From an uncultured Aliarcobacter sp. (GTDB lineage Bacteria; Campylobacterota; Campylobacteria; Campylobacterales; Arcobacteraceae), in NCBI GenBank assembly GCA_963664305.2, contig CAXXLV010000001.1, positions 1-64,000 on the forward strand: a DNA stretch of 64,000 nucleotides, read 5' to 3'. The translations under genes were made by a program, and so were the position numbers. The notes under the pieces were generated by a model. It did not search any database. It was not told the origin of the DNA and was given only the letters and a program-made list of their open reading frames with translations. Below are positions 31,078 to 41,441 of this stretch, piece by piece; the first letter of the stretch is position 1, and the number at the start of each line of letters is the position of its first letter.

Positions 31078-32325
31078 TTATTTTTTTCCTAAAACTCTTT
31101 TCATAAATAAAGAAGCTGTCAAATCACCTGTTACATTTATTGTAGTTCTACACATATCCAATATTCTATCAACTCCTAAAATAAGAGCTATTCCTTCAAA
31201 CGGAACTCCAATACTTTGTAAAATTGTAGCTAAGATTACTATTCCAACTCCTGGAGTACTAGGTGTTCCAATAGATGCACCAACTGTAGTTATTGCCAAT
31301 ACAACTAACTCAAAAAATGATAAATCAATTCCAAAAAGTTGAGTTAAAAATATAGCTGCACTTACTTGATAAAGTGCGGTTCCATCCATATTTATAGTTG
31401 CACCTAAAGGAATTACAAATTTTGAAATAGTTGGAGGAATATTTAGTTTTGTTTCTGCTGTATTTATAGATAAAGGCATAACAGCAGCTGAACTTGAAGT
31501 TGAAAAAGCCATAAGTTGAACCTCTTTTATCTTTCCTAAAAATTCAAAAGGTTTCATATTTGATGTTAAATATACAATTATCAAATAAAAACTCAAAAGT
31601 AATACTAAGCCAAATAAAACAGTTAAAATATACATAAACATTGAAGAAATTGCTTGAAAACCTATCTTAATGGTAATATTACATATAAGTCCAAAGACAG
31701 CATAAGGAGCTAATTTCATAGCCCATTCAACTATTTTCATAGAAAAAGCTTGGATTGATTTTGATAAATCAACTAAAGGTTTTGACTCTTCTTCTTTTAA
31801 GTTTAAAAGAGCAATTCCTATAAAAATCGCTAATATCACAAAAGCTAAGATATTTCCTGCTAATTCAGCTTTTGCAACACTAACAGGTATTAAATCAACT
31901 ATCATATCTGGAATTGAGATATTTTCTATTGTTTTTGCTACTTGAGTATTTGCTAGATTCATTTGAGATATAACATCTTTAGAAACATAAGAGCCAGGAT
32001 TGATTATAGTTGTATTTATTATTCCTAAAATTACTGCAACAAAAGTTGTCAAAATAAAATAAGGAAAGATATAAAATCCCAATTTCTTTAAAGTTTCTAT
32101 ATTTTGAGCACTCATTATTCCTAAAATTATTGAGCTAACAACTAAAGGAATAACTATCATTTTTATAAGAGCTAAAAAGATATTTCCAATAAGTGCTATC
32201 CAAGGAGCCAAAATAAAAGAAGTTTTTTCATCAACTATTGCAAATGCACTAGGAGATAAAAGTAATCCTAAGATTAAACCTAAAACCATTCCAAGAATTA
32301 CTTTAAACCACAACTTTTTTAGCAT
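31078..32325 (-). CDS. Dicarboxylate/amino acid:cation symporter (DAACS)
   Basis: AFSTSSSAA, GATINMDGT, GVDRILDMCRT..NVTGD. Confidence 0.95.
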   Translation of the reverse strand: MLKKLWFKVILGMVLGLILGLLLSPSAFAIVDEKTSFILAPWIALIGNIFLALIKMIVIPLVVSSIILGIMSAQNIETLKKLGFYIFPYFILTTFVAVILGIINTTIINPGSYVSKDVISQMNLANTQVAKTIENISIPDMIVDLIPVSVAKAELAGNILAFVILAIFIGIALLNLKEEESKPLVDLSKSIQAFSMKIVEWAMKLAPYAVFGLICNITIKIGFQAISSMFMYILTVLFGLVLLLSFYLIIVYLTSNMKPFEFLGKIKEVQLMAFSTSSSAAVMPLSINTAETKLNIPPTISKFVIPLGATINMDGTALYQVSAAIFLTQLFGIDLSFFELVVLAITTVGASIGTPSTPGVGIVILATILQSIGVPFEGIALILGVDRILDMCRTTINVTGDLTASLFMKRVLGKK

Positions 32326-32356
32326 TTTTCTCCTTGGTATTTAATTTTTAATTATA

Positions 32357-34327
32357 TTAAAAACTTTCCCATTCTTCGTCACTTTTATTTGAAGAAACTA
32401 CTACTTTTTTTTCAATCTTTTTTTCAATTTTAAAATCATCTTTTAAATCTAAAACTTTCGCTTTAACACTATCTTTTCCAATAAATTCTTTATCGTTTGC
32501 ATTTTTTACAACTCTATTTGCAATAACTAATGTACTTTGAGCAACTTGTTTAGTTTGCATTGCTACATTTGCATTTTGTTGTGTTTGTTGGTCGAGTTCA
32601 GCTACAGCACCATTTATTTGCTCAATTCCAGCAAGTTGTTCTTTTGAAGAATTTTCAACATCTTTAATTAAATCTATTGTTTTTAAAATAGATTCATTTA
32701 AACCTTTATATCCAACTATCATATTATTTGCAATTTGTTTTCCATCATCTGCTTTTGATGTTGCAATTTCAACAATATGTTTGATTTGTTTTGCAGCTTC
32801 AGCACTTCTTGATGCCAGATTTCTCACTTCTGCTGCAACAACTGCAAATCCACGTCCTGCTTCACCTGCAGTTGCAGCTTCAACTGCTGCATTTAATGAA
32901 AGAATATTTGTTTGGAAAGCTATTTGATCAATAATAGAAATTGCATCAGTTATTGCATTCACTTGAGTATTTATCTCTTCCATTGCTAATGTTGTTTGAT
33001 TTGCTAACTTTTCACCTTGACTTGCTGAAGTTGTAACTTCATTTGCATAACTTGACATTTCAATAACTTTTTCATTATTGCTTGCAATATTTGAAGTTAT
33101 CTCTTCAAGAGCTGCTGCTGTTTCTTCTAAAGAAGCTGCTGCTTGAGTAGATGAAGAACTTAGAGTTTCAACATTTGACATTAAAATATTTGAACTATTT
33201 TGAAGTGTTAAACCATTTGATTTATTTTCAACTAACATATCACTTATTATATCAGCTAGTTTATTTAAACCTACCGTAACTTCACTATTACATCCTTTAA
33301 TTCTATGTGTAAAATCAAGTTTTGAATACTTTTCAAGAGCAAGTGAAATATCATTTATGTTTGTACAAACTTTAACTTGTAAGTTCAATAACATTTCATT
33401 GATTTCTTCTCTTAAATTTTCCAAATTTGCTGATTCTGTTTTATTTAAAAGTCTTTTATTTAAATAACCATGTTTTATATCTTCAACTATATTATGAACT
33501 TCTTTTAAGAATATGTTATCAGAGTCAATTATTGATTTTGTTTTAGAGATATTTACATTTATAACTTTTGACATTTTTCCAAATTCATCATTTGTTGAAT
33601 CATCTAAAGTTTTTACATTATTCGTTTCTTTATTTAAGTAAGCAAAAAAAGACAACAATCCATTTTGGAAATCTTCAATAGAAGATGAAATTCTTTTTAT
33701 TAAAATACCAAAAATAATTAGATTTAATCCAATAATTAAAAAACCTAAAACAACTAAATTCATTTGAGTAAAATCTATTGTACTTTCTATTTCTAAAGAT
33801 TTTTCACTATTTTCTTTAAAATTATTTGTTATCCAAACTTCTAATCTATCTGTTAATTTTTCAGCAAATGGGTCAAGTTCTTCCATGATTTTATTTCCTT
33901 CTTCAGGACCGTATTTTACGTAAGTATTTGCCATTTTTAGCCCTACTTCATAAAATTTATTAAAATCAATTTTAAACTCTTCTAAATCTTTACTCAACTC
34001 TTTTTTATCTTTATATTCAATTAACATTTTGTCTAATAATTCATTTGCTTTTGTCGAATAATCTTTTGCAATATTGAATCCATCATCAAATCCTTCTGCT
34101 CCTCTTGTAGCAGAAACATCAGTTAGCCATTGCTGAACTTGAATAACATCTTTTTGTAATTCTAAAAAGTTAAAAACTCTTGGTAAAATGTCATGTTCTT
34201 TCTCTTTTACCCTATTTTCTACAGAAGATAGTTGCAAAATATTTACAAATAAATTTACAACAGAAATAAATACTATTAAGACTCCCGATGAAATCAGTAT
34301 TTTCTTAATCGAATAATTTTTTAACAT
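32357..34327 (-). CDS. Methyl-accepting chemotaxis protein with C-terminal EWESF
   Basis: VIQVQQWLTDVSAT helical sensor; MCP signalling tip. Confidence 0.95.
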   Translation of the reverse strand: MLKNYSIKKILISSGVLIVFISVVNLFVNILQLSSVENRVKEKEHDILPRVFNFLELQKDVIQVQQWLTDVSATRGAEGFDDGFNIAKDYSTKANELLDKMLIEYKDKKELSKDLEEFKIDFNKFYEVGLKMANTYVKYGPEEGNKIMEELDPFAEKLTDRLEVWITNNFKENSEKSLEIESTIDFTQMNLVVLGFLIIGLNLIIFGILIKRISSSIEDFQNGLLSFFAYLNKETNNVKTLDDSTNDEFGKMSKVINVNISKTKSIIDSDNIFLKEVHNIVEDIKHGYLNKRLLNKTESANLENLREEINEMLLNLQVKVCTNINDISLALEKYSKLDFTHRIKGCNSEVTVGLNKLADIISDMLVENKSNGLTLQNSSNILMSNVETLSSSSTQAAASLEETAAALEEITSNIASNNEKVIEMSSYANEVTTSASQGEKLANQTTLAMEEINTQVNAITDAISIIDQIAFQTNILSLNAAVEAATAGEAGRGFAVVAAEVRNLASRSAEAAKQIKHIVEIATSKADDGKQIANNMIVGYKGLNESILKTIDLIKDVENSSKEQLAGIEQINGAVAELDQQTQQNANVAMQTKQVAQSTLVIANRVVKNANDKEFIGKDSVKAKVLDLKDDFKIEKKIEKKVVVSSNKSDEEWESF

Positions 34328-34384
34328 AAAAAACCTTTAAATCCAAATTTGGGGCGGAAGTCTATAATAATTTTTCTTAATATT

Positions 34385-35089
34385 TTATCTTGGATAAAAA
34401 CAATTATTTATATCTATTGTTATTCCATTTATATATTCTGGACAATCCGTTGCCAACCAAACAATAGCTTTTGCAACTTCTTCTGGTTGGGCAAATCTAT
34501 TTGTTACAACTGCTGCTTTAAATGCAGCTTTTCTAGCATCATCATTATCTTTTTGCATATCAGTTTCAGCAGCACTTGGAGCAACACAATTTACAGTAAT
34601 TCCATGAGGTCCTAAAAGTTTTCCATAGATTTTTGTAGCATTTATAAGTGCAGCTTTTGCCATACCATACCAAACATCTGGATGTCCTATTTGTCCTGCA
34701 ATTGATGCAGTATTTACAATTCTTCCATATTTTTGTTTTTTCATATGCTCAGAAAAAATATTCATTAATTCAACTGGAGTATATAAATCTACATTCATTA
34801 TATGATCACGTGCCTCTTTTGGATAGTTGTTATAAGTATATTTTGGTTGCATATATCCTGCATTGTTAATTAAAATATCAATATTTCCAACTGTATTTGC
34901 TAATTCTTTTAATCCATCAACATCTGATAAATCATATTCAATACAAGTAACATTTTCAACACCAACTAATGGACAAGTTTCAAAATCTCTTGCAACAATA
35001 ACTATTTCATATCCAAACTCTAACATAGCTCTTGAAACTGCTAATCCAATTCCTTTATTTCCACCTGTTATTAATACTTTTTTTGACAT
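34385..35089 (-). CDS. Short-chain dehydrogenase/reductase
   Basis: TGGNKGIG, NNAG, YGMAK. Confidence 0.93.
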   Translation of the reverse strand: MSKKVLITGGNKGIGLAVSRAMLEFGYEIVIVARDFETCPLVGVENVTCIEYDLSDVDGLKELANTVGNIDILINNAGYMQPKYTYNNYPKEARDHIMNVDLYTPVELMNIFSEHMKKQKYGRIVNTASIAGQIGHPDVWYGMAKAALINATKIYGKLLGPHGITVNCVAPSAAETDMQKDNDDARKAAFKAAVVTNRFAQPEEVAKAIVWLATDCPEYINGITIDINNCFYPR

Positions 35090-35205
35090 TTTCTCTCCTT
35101 ATATTTTCTCGTAATTATAAAACCATTGATTTTAATCATTTTATTAAAATTTAAATTGTGTTAGAATAAAAAAGTTTTTAATTTTAAAAATATATCAGGA
35201 ATTTA

Positions 35206-37107
35206 ATGAATCAACAAAATGAACAATCGCTACTTAGTATAATCAAATATTCACCTCTAATTATTATTATCACAATATCAATCATACTTTCAAGTTTTAT
35301 TTATAAAGAAGAAAAATCATCTTTAGAAAGAGAACAACTTAAAATTCGAGCAGAATATATAAAAAGTCATAAAGAAAAAATAGAAAAAGAAGTTAATGGT
35401 TTATATGAATTTATTGTAAAAACTCAAAAAAGAACAGAAGAAAAATTAAAAGAAAATATCAAAAATAGAGTTTATGAAGCACATAGTATTGCTATGACAA
35501 TTTATAATGAAAATAAAGACAAAAAGTCAAAAGAAGAAATTATAAAAATGATAAAAGATGCTCTTGTTAATATTAGATTTAACAATCAAAGAGGTTATTT
35601 TTTCATCTATTCTTTTGATTATGAGTGTATTTTATTACCAATAAATAGAAAACTTGAAGGAACAAGTTTTTATAACTTTCAAGATGGAGATGGTAATTAT
35701 CTTACAAGAAATATAATTGAACAAGTAAAAAAAGAGAAAGAAGGTTTTTTAACTTGGTCATATCAAAAACCAAACGATAGTACAAAAACTTACAAAAAAA
35801 TTGGTTTTAATATCTATTTTGAGCCTTATGATTGGTTTATTGGAACTGGTGAATATTTTGTAGATTATGAAAATGATGTTAAACAATCAGTTTTAGAATA
35901 TCTTTCAACTATTGCACAAGATAAAAAAGATTACTTTTTTATTTTAGATTTCAATGAAAAAATACTATTTCATTTCAAAAAAGAGTTGATAAATAAAAAA
36001 GCAAAAGATATAAAAAATATTGATGTAAGTAAAACATTTGATGATATGGTAACTATTGCTAAACTGGGAGAAGGATTTCTTACATATAACTATCAAGATT
36101 TATCAAATGGTACTTTTATGACAAAAACCTCTTATATAAAAGGTTTAAACAATTGGCAATGGCTAATTGGAAAAGGTTTTTATCAAAATGATTTAGAAGA
36201 AATCATCCATAAAAAAATAGTTGATTTAGATAATGATTATAAAGAAGAGATGACAGATATTTTTTCAATTTTTCTTTTCTTCACTATTATTCTGATTTTT
36301 ATTTCAATCTATATTTCTAAACTTTTAGAGAAAAAATTTGATATCTATAAAAAAGAGATAAATAAATATATAAAAGAAAATAGTAGACAACAACAGATTT
36401 TAGCCCAACAATCAAAAATGGCTGCAATGGGAGAGATGCTTGGAAATATTGCACATCAATGGAGACAACCATTATCTGTCATTTCAACAGTTGCAACAGG
36501 AATGAGATTACAAAAAGAGTTTGGAAAATTAGATGATAAAAATTTTGAAGAAGCAATTGATTCTATAACAAATTCAACAACATACCTTTCACGAACAATT
36601 GATGATTTTAGAAACTTTTTTAGAACTGATAAAGATGAATCTTTTTTTATAATAAAAGACTCTTTTGAAAAAGTTTTAAAACTTACTGATTCTCAATTTA
36701 AAAATCATGATATTACTATTAAAAAATATATTGAAGATATTGAAATTCATGGTTTTGAAAATGAATTTATTCAAGTTTTAATAAACATTTTAAATAATTC
36801 AAAAGATGCACTCTTAAATAAAGATTATCAAAGATATATAATAATTAGTGCTAAAAAAGAGAATAATATGTGTATTATCAAAATTACTGATAATGGTGGA
36901 GGAATAAAAGATAAAATTTTAGACAAGATTTTTGAGCCATATTTTACAACTAAACATCAATCATCTGGTACAGGAATTGGACTTTATATGACCAAAGAGA
37001 TAATTGAAAAACATATGAGTGGAACTGTAAATATAAATAATGTAAAAATTTCTCCAAATGAATTTGAATATTCGGGTACAGAGGTAGTTATAAAACTAAA
37101 AATTTAA
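35206..37107 (+). CDS. Cache-domain sensor histidine kinase
   Basis: GYFFIY...WFIGTGEY Cache; AHQWRQPL; DNGGG; GTGIGL. Confidence 0.94.
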   Translation: MNQQNEQSLLSIIKYSPLIIIITISIILSSFIYKEEKSSLEREQLKIRAEYIKSHKEKIEKEVNGLYEFIVKTQKRTEEKLKENIKNRVYEAHSIAMTIYNENKDKKSKEEIIKMIKDALVNIRFNNQRGYFFIYSFDYECILLPINRKLEGTSFYNFQDGDGNYLTRNIIEQVKKEKEGFLTWSYQKPNDSTKTYKKIGFNIYFEPYDWFIGTGEYFVDYENDVKQSVLEYLSTIAQDKKDYFFILDFNEKILFHFKKELINKKAKDIKNIDVSKTFDDMVTIAKLGEGFLTYNYQDLSNGTFMTKTSYIKGLNNWQWLIGKGFYQNDLEEIIHKKIVDLDNDYKEEMTDIFSIFLFFTIILIFISIYISKLLEKKFDIYKKEINKYIKENSRQQQILAQQSKMAAMGEMLGNIAHQWRQPLSVISTVATGMRLQKEFGKLDDKNFEEAIDSITNSTTYLSRTIDDFRNFFRTDKDESFFIIKDSFEKVLKLTDSQFKNHDITIKKYIEDIEIHGFENEFIQVLINILNNSKDALLNKDYQRYIIISAKKENNMCIIKITDNGGGIKDKILDKIFEPYFTTKHQSSGTGIGLYMTKEIIEKHMSGTVNINNVKISPNEFEYSGTEVVIKLKI

Positions 37108-37184
37108 TTACAATTAAATTTATTTAATCATCTTATTAGAACTTGATTTATGTTAAAATTTGGCAAATGTGAAATAGGAAATAA

Positions 37185-39074
37185 ATGACTTATAAAAATG
37201 AAAAATATCTTATAAATATAATAAAGTATACGCCTTTAATATTTATCATCTCTCTTTCTTTAATCATTACTCTTTTTTTATACTTTGAAAAACAAAAAGA
37301 ATTGGAAATTGAGAAAAAATCAATAGAAAAAGAATTTATAGAAAAAAATAAAGAACTTGTAAAAAATGAAGTTGAAAATCTTTATGACCAAATCATAAGA
37401 ACTCAATCCAAAACTGAAAATAAATTAAAAAATAGTATTAGAGAAAGAGTTATAGAAGCAAATAATATAGCACTTAGAATTTATAATGAAAATAAAGATA
37501 CTAAATCAAAAGAAGAAATTACAAAAATGATAAAAGATGCATTAGTTGATATTAGATTCAACAATGGTCGAGGTTATATTTTTATTTATACTTTTGATTA
37601 TGAGTGCATTTTACTTCCTATAAATAGAGCTAATGAAGGACAAAGTGTATATGATTTTCAAGATTCAAATGGTTTTTATTTAGGTAGAGAAATTGTAAAA
37701 AGTTTACAAAATAAAGATGAAGCTTTTTTAACATGGTATTATCCAAAACCTGATAATTTAGACAAAAAAGACCTGAAAAAAATTGGTTTTAATATCCATT
37801 TCAAACCTTATAACTGGTTTATTGGAAGTGGAGAATATGTAGAAGATTTTGAAGAAAACATGAAAAAAGATGTTTTAGAACACATTTCAAATTTAAGAGC
37901 AAATAAAAATGATTATTTTTTTATCTTAAATTATAAAGATAAAACTGTCTTTCAAAAAATTGATGATTTAGTTGATAGAAGTTTTCAAAAATTTGATAAT
38001 AAAGATGAATATTTATTATTTGATGAGATTTGGGATTTATCAAAAAATGGTGGTGGATTTATCACATATGATTATAAAACTTTAAATGAAAATATTTCTT
38101 TAACAAAAACAAGTTATGTAAAAGCATTATTTAGTTGGAATTGGATTATTGGAAAAGGTTTTTTCCATAATCATATAAATAGTATCATTGAAGAAAAAAG
38201 TTTTGAATTAAACAAAAAGTTTAATGAAAAAATAAAAAATATTCTATCAATTAGTGTAATTTTAACAATTTTATTATTGATTATCTCAATTTATATTTCA
38301 CGAAAATTAGAAAAAAAGTTTTTAGACTACAAAATAGAATTAAAAAAACAACAACATATCCTTGCTCAACAAGCAAAAATGGCAGCAATGGGAGAAATGC
38401 TTGGAAATATTGCCCATCAATGGAGACAACCATTATCAGTTATTACAACTGTAGCAACTGGTATGAAACTTCAAAAAGAGTTTGAAAATCTTGATGATAA
38501 AACTTTTGATGAAGCAATAGACAATATAACTAATTCAGCTAAGTATTTATCAAAAACTATTGATGATTTTAGAAACTTTTTTAAATCAGATAAAAACGAA
38601 ACCTATTTTAGTGTAAAAGAATCTTTTGAAAAAGTATTTAAACTAATAGATGTACAGTTTAAAAATCATGAAATTATTTTCATAAAAGATATAAATGATT
38701 TCCAAATTTATGGTTTTGAAAATGAATTTATTCAAGTGTTAATAAATATTTTAAATAATGCAAAAGATGCTCTCTTAGATAAAGAAAATCCAAAACTTAT
38801 TTTTATAACTACAAAAAATGATAAAAATAATCTAATCATAACTATAAAAGACAATGGTGGAGGAATTGAAAATGATATTTTAGACAAAATATGTGAACCA
38901 TATTTTACAACTAAACATCAATCAACAGGTACAGGTATTGGACTTTACATGACTGAAGAGATTGTCGAAAAACATATGAATGGGAGTTTAGATATACATA
39001 ATTCTACATTTATTTACAATAACATTGCATATACGGGAGTTGAAGTTACGATTTTATTAAATCAAGAGAATTGA
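37185..39074 (+). CDS. Cache-domain sensor histidine kinase (tandem paralog)
   Basis: Same architecture and motifs as 35206..37107. Confidence 0.94.
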   Translation: MTYKNEKYLINIIKYTPLIFIISLSLIITLFLYFEKQKELEIEKKSIEKEFIEKNKELVKNEVENLYDQIIRTQSKTENKLKNSIRERVIEANNIALRIYNENKDTKSKEEITKMIKDALVDIRFNNGRGYIFIYTFDYECILLPINRANEGQSVYDFQDSNGFYLGREIVKSLQNKDEAFLTWYYPKPDNLDKKDLKKIGFNIHFKPYNWFIGSGEYVEDFEENMKKDVLEHISNLRANKNDYFFILNYKDKTVFQKIDDLVDRSFQKFDNKDEYLLFDEIWDLSKNGGGFITYDYKTLNENISLTKTSYVKALFSWNWIIGKGFFHNHINSIIEEKSFELNKKFNEKIKNILSISVILTILLLIISIYISRKLEKKFLDYKIELKKQQHILAQQAKMAAMGEMLGNIAHQWRQPLSVITTVATGMKLQKEFENLDDKTFDEAIDNITNSAKYLSKTIDDFRNFFKSDKNETYFSVKESFEKVFKLIDVQFKNHEIIFIKDINDFQIYGFENEFIQVLINILNNAKDALLDKENPKLIFITTKNDKNNLIITIKDNGGGIENDILDKICEPYFTTKHQSTGTGIGLYMTEEIVEKHMNGSLDIHNSTFIYNNIAYTGVEVTILLNQEN

Positions 39075-39076
39075 GT

Positions 39077-39364
39077 TTAACCATTAATTAAACTCATAAC
39101 TCTTTTTCTTTCATCAATTTTACAATTTGTTATATCTTTTTTAGTTTTTGAATTAATTATACAAGTTAGAGTTTTATCTAACAAATTAGTTCTATCTTCC
39201 AATTTATCATTTTTTGATGCTTCTATTCTTTTTATATATTCAAAAATCAGATTCTCTTTCTCTTTTTCTAATTCATGAATATTTTCATTTGCATATAAAT
39301 CAAAAATAATAAAAAATGGTATTAATTTATTCTTCAAAGAAGCCCTTTTCTTGAATAATATCAT
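39077..39364 (-). CDS. Hypothetical protein
   Basis: 95-aa ORF with two Cys filling the gap after the MauG-like gene; start uncertain. Confidence 0.55.
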   Translation of the reverse strand: MILFKKRASLKNKLIPFFIIFDLYANENIHELEKEKENLIFEYIKRIEASKNDKLEDRTNLLDKTLTCIINSKTKKDITNCKIDERKRVMSLING

Positions 39365-39410
39365 ACATAAATATAATAAATCATTAAGAAAAATAACTTC
39401 TTTTTTTAAT

Positions 39411-40532
39411 CTATTTTTCTAATAGATATTCGTATTTTTTATCAGTTAATAATTTCATAAAAGCAACTAATGCTTCAATTTTTCTATCATTTAAAGCATT
39501 TGCTTTTAATTCTTTTAATGAAATAGTATCTTTAACCTCAGCATCATCCCAAACTTTTCCAGTTTCTGGATTTATAGTTCTATCTTTATTGTTGTATTTA
39601 TCATAAAATTCAACAACAGTTTTTAAATCTTTAAATACACCATTATGCATATAAGGAGCAGTTACAGCTACATTTCTTAGCGTTGGAACTTTATGTTTTC
39701 CTTTTTGATTTATATCTGTTACATTTGGATTTGCTAACAAACCTTCATCGATAGCTTTTACACCATTTTTAGCTCTTAACTCTTTATTTTCTGGTGTTCC
39801 GATATTATGATATTCATAATTTGTAAAAGTTTCTCCCTCTTTATCTTCACCTTTTAATACATGGCAATTTGCGCATGAGTTATTATTGTTTGAGAAAAAT
39901 ATTGATTTTCCTAAATCTTCAAGTGGAGTTAAATCATATTCACCTTTTAAATATCTATCATATTTTGAATCAAATGGAGAAAATTCTTCTGTTCTTTCAA
40001 AACTTGCAATTGCAACAGTCATCGCATCATAAGCTTTATTTTCATCTTTGAAAATATCTTCACCAAAAATATTTTTAAATGATTTTACATATAAATTGTT
40101 TTCTTTAATTCTTTCAACAACTTCTTTTTTACTTGCCATTCCCATTTCAATTGGATTAAGTGGAGGTCCACCAGCTTGTTCTTCTAAAGTTGCTGCTCTT
40201 CCATCCCAAAACTGTCCACCAACATATTTTTGTTTTTTCTCATCAAAATGAAATTTTGGAGAAAATTTTGCATAAGATGCAGTTGGAGCTTCTCTATCAC
40301 CTAAAGATTTTCCATCATCACCAAGTGAAGCCATTTTTGAAATACCATTTTCCCTATCATCAACAAATCCTGCGTTTGGATTATGACATGTTGAACAGCT
40401 TTGTGTTTTATTATGCGATAAATTCACATCAAAATATAAAGATTGACCTAAAGCCTCTTTTGATAAAACATCACTAGCATTTAGACTTGAAAAAGCTAAA
40501 AGCACCGAAATTAATAAATTTGATTTTTTCAC
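39411..40532 (-). CDS. Di-heme cytochrome c peroxidase superfamily protein, MauG-like
   Basis: CSTCH, CANCH, GGQFWDGRA, LNPIEM, TFTNYEYHNIG, PYMHNG, FYDKY, INPETG. Confidence 0.92.
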   Translation of the reverse strand: MKKSNLLISVLLAFSSLNASDVLSKEALGQSLYFDVNLSHNKTQSCSTCHNPNAGFVDDRENGISKMASLGDDGKSLGDREAPTASYAKFSPKFHFDEKKQKYVGGQFWDGRAATLEEQAGGPPLNPIEMGMASKKEVVERIKENNLYVKSFKNIFGEDIFKDENKAYDAMTVAIASFERTEEFSPFDSKYDRYLKGEYDLTPLEDLGKSIFFSNNNNSCANCHVLKGEDKEGETFTNYEYHNIGTPENKELRAKNGVKAIDEGLLANPNVTDINQKGKHKVPTLRNVAVTAPYMHNGVFKDLKTVVEFYDKYNNKDRTINPETGKVWDDAEVKDTISLKELKANALNDRKIEALVAFMKLLTDKKYEYLLEK

Positions 40533-41437
40533 TAAATCCCCCTTTTTTTTAGTAAATTTGAAAATGGTCTTAAAATTAAATCTTTTAAAGATATATAATC
40601 ATTCATTTGTTCACGTCTTAAACCAAATTTTAAAACTCTCACATCTTTTGACAAAAATAAAGAACCAAAAATTCTGTCCCATATAGCAATATAACCACCA
40701 TAATTTTTATTAAAATGCTTTTTATCATGATGGATTTGATGCTGTTTTGGAGAAAATAACCACTTCTCTAAAACAGCTCCATATGAAAATGGCACATGTG
40801 AATGTCTTAAATTTGAACCAAATATAGAGAATATAAATAAAAATATATTAACTCCAAAAACCATATAAATATCTATTTTTGCTCCAAATAGATAAATAAA
40901 AACTCCTGTAACAACACCTACACTTAAAGAGTATCGAAGTCCAAAAAGAAAATTTTCAACGGGATGAACTCTATAAAATGTTACTGGTGTTAAAACCTTT
41001 GCACTATGATGTACTTTGTGAAATTCCCAAAGAACTGGAATAGTATGTAAAAATCTATGTAACCAATATCTTGTAAAATCACTAACAATAAAAACACTAA
41101 GTGTGTACATCAAAACGATTTGTTTATATGAAAAGAACTCATTTTCATAATAATCAAAATATAAATACAACTCTTTATTTACAAATAAAGCTACACTTTT
41201 TGCACTCATTATAAAAGGTATTAACAACATCATATTTATAAAATATGATAAAAAAATATAGTAATAATCAAGTTTTGCACTTGGATGTAACCACAACTTT
41301 GAAGAAGTGATTACCCTACTATTTTTTTTAGTCACATAAAAATAGATAATTGCTAAAAATATTGAACTTAAAATATAAAGCCAATATAGTCTTTTACTTG
41401 GATTTGTTAAATAATCAAGTGCAAGAAGTTCATCCAT
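40532..41437 (-). CDS. Sterol desaturase/fatty acid hydroxylase family membrane di-iron protein
   Basis: His boxes HRFLH, HKVHH, HSH, HQIHH; NYG...WDRIFGS. Confidence 0.92.
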   Translation of the reverse strand: MDELLALDYLTNPSKRLYWLYILSSIFLAIIYFYVTKKNSRVITSSKLWLHPSAKLDYYYIFLSYFINMMLLIPFIMSAKSVALFVNKELYLYFDYYENEFFSYKQIVLMYTLSVFIVSDFTRYWLHRFLHTIPVLWEFHKVHHSAKVLTPVTFYRVHPVENFLFGLRYSLSVGVVTGVFIYLFGAKIDIYMVFGVNIFLFIFSIFGSNLRHSHVPFSYGAVLEKWLFSPKQHQIHHDKKHFNKNYGGYIAIWDRIFGSLFLSKDVRVLKFGLRREQMNDYISLKDLILRPFSNLLKKRGI

Positions 41438-41441
41438 CTAA

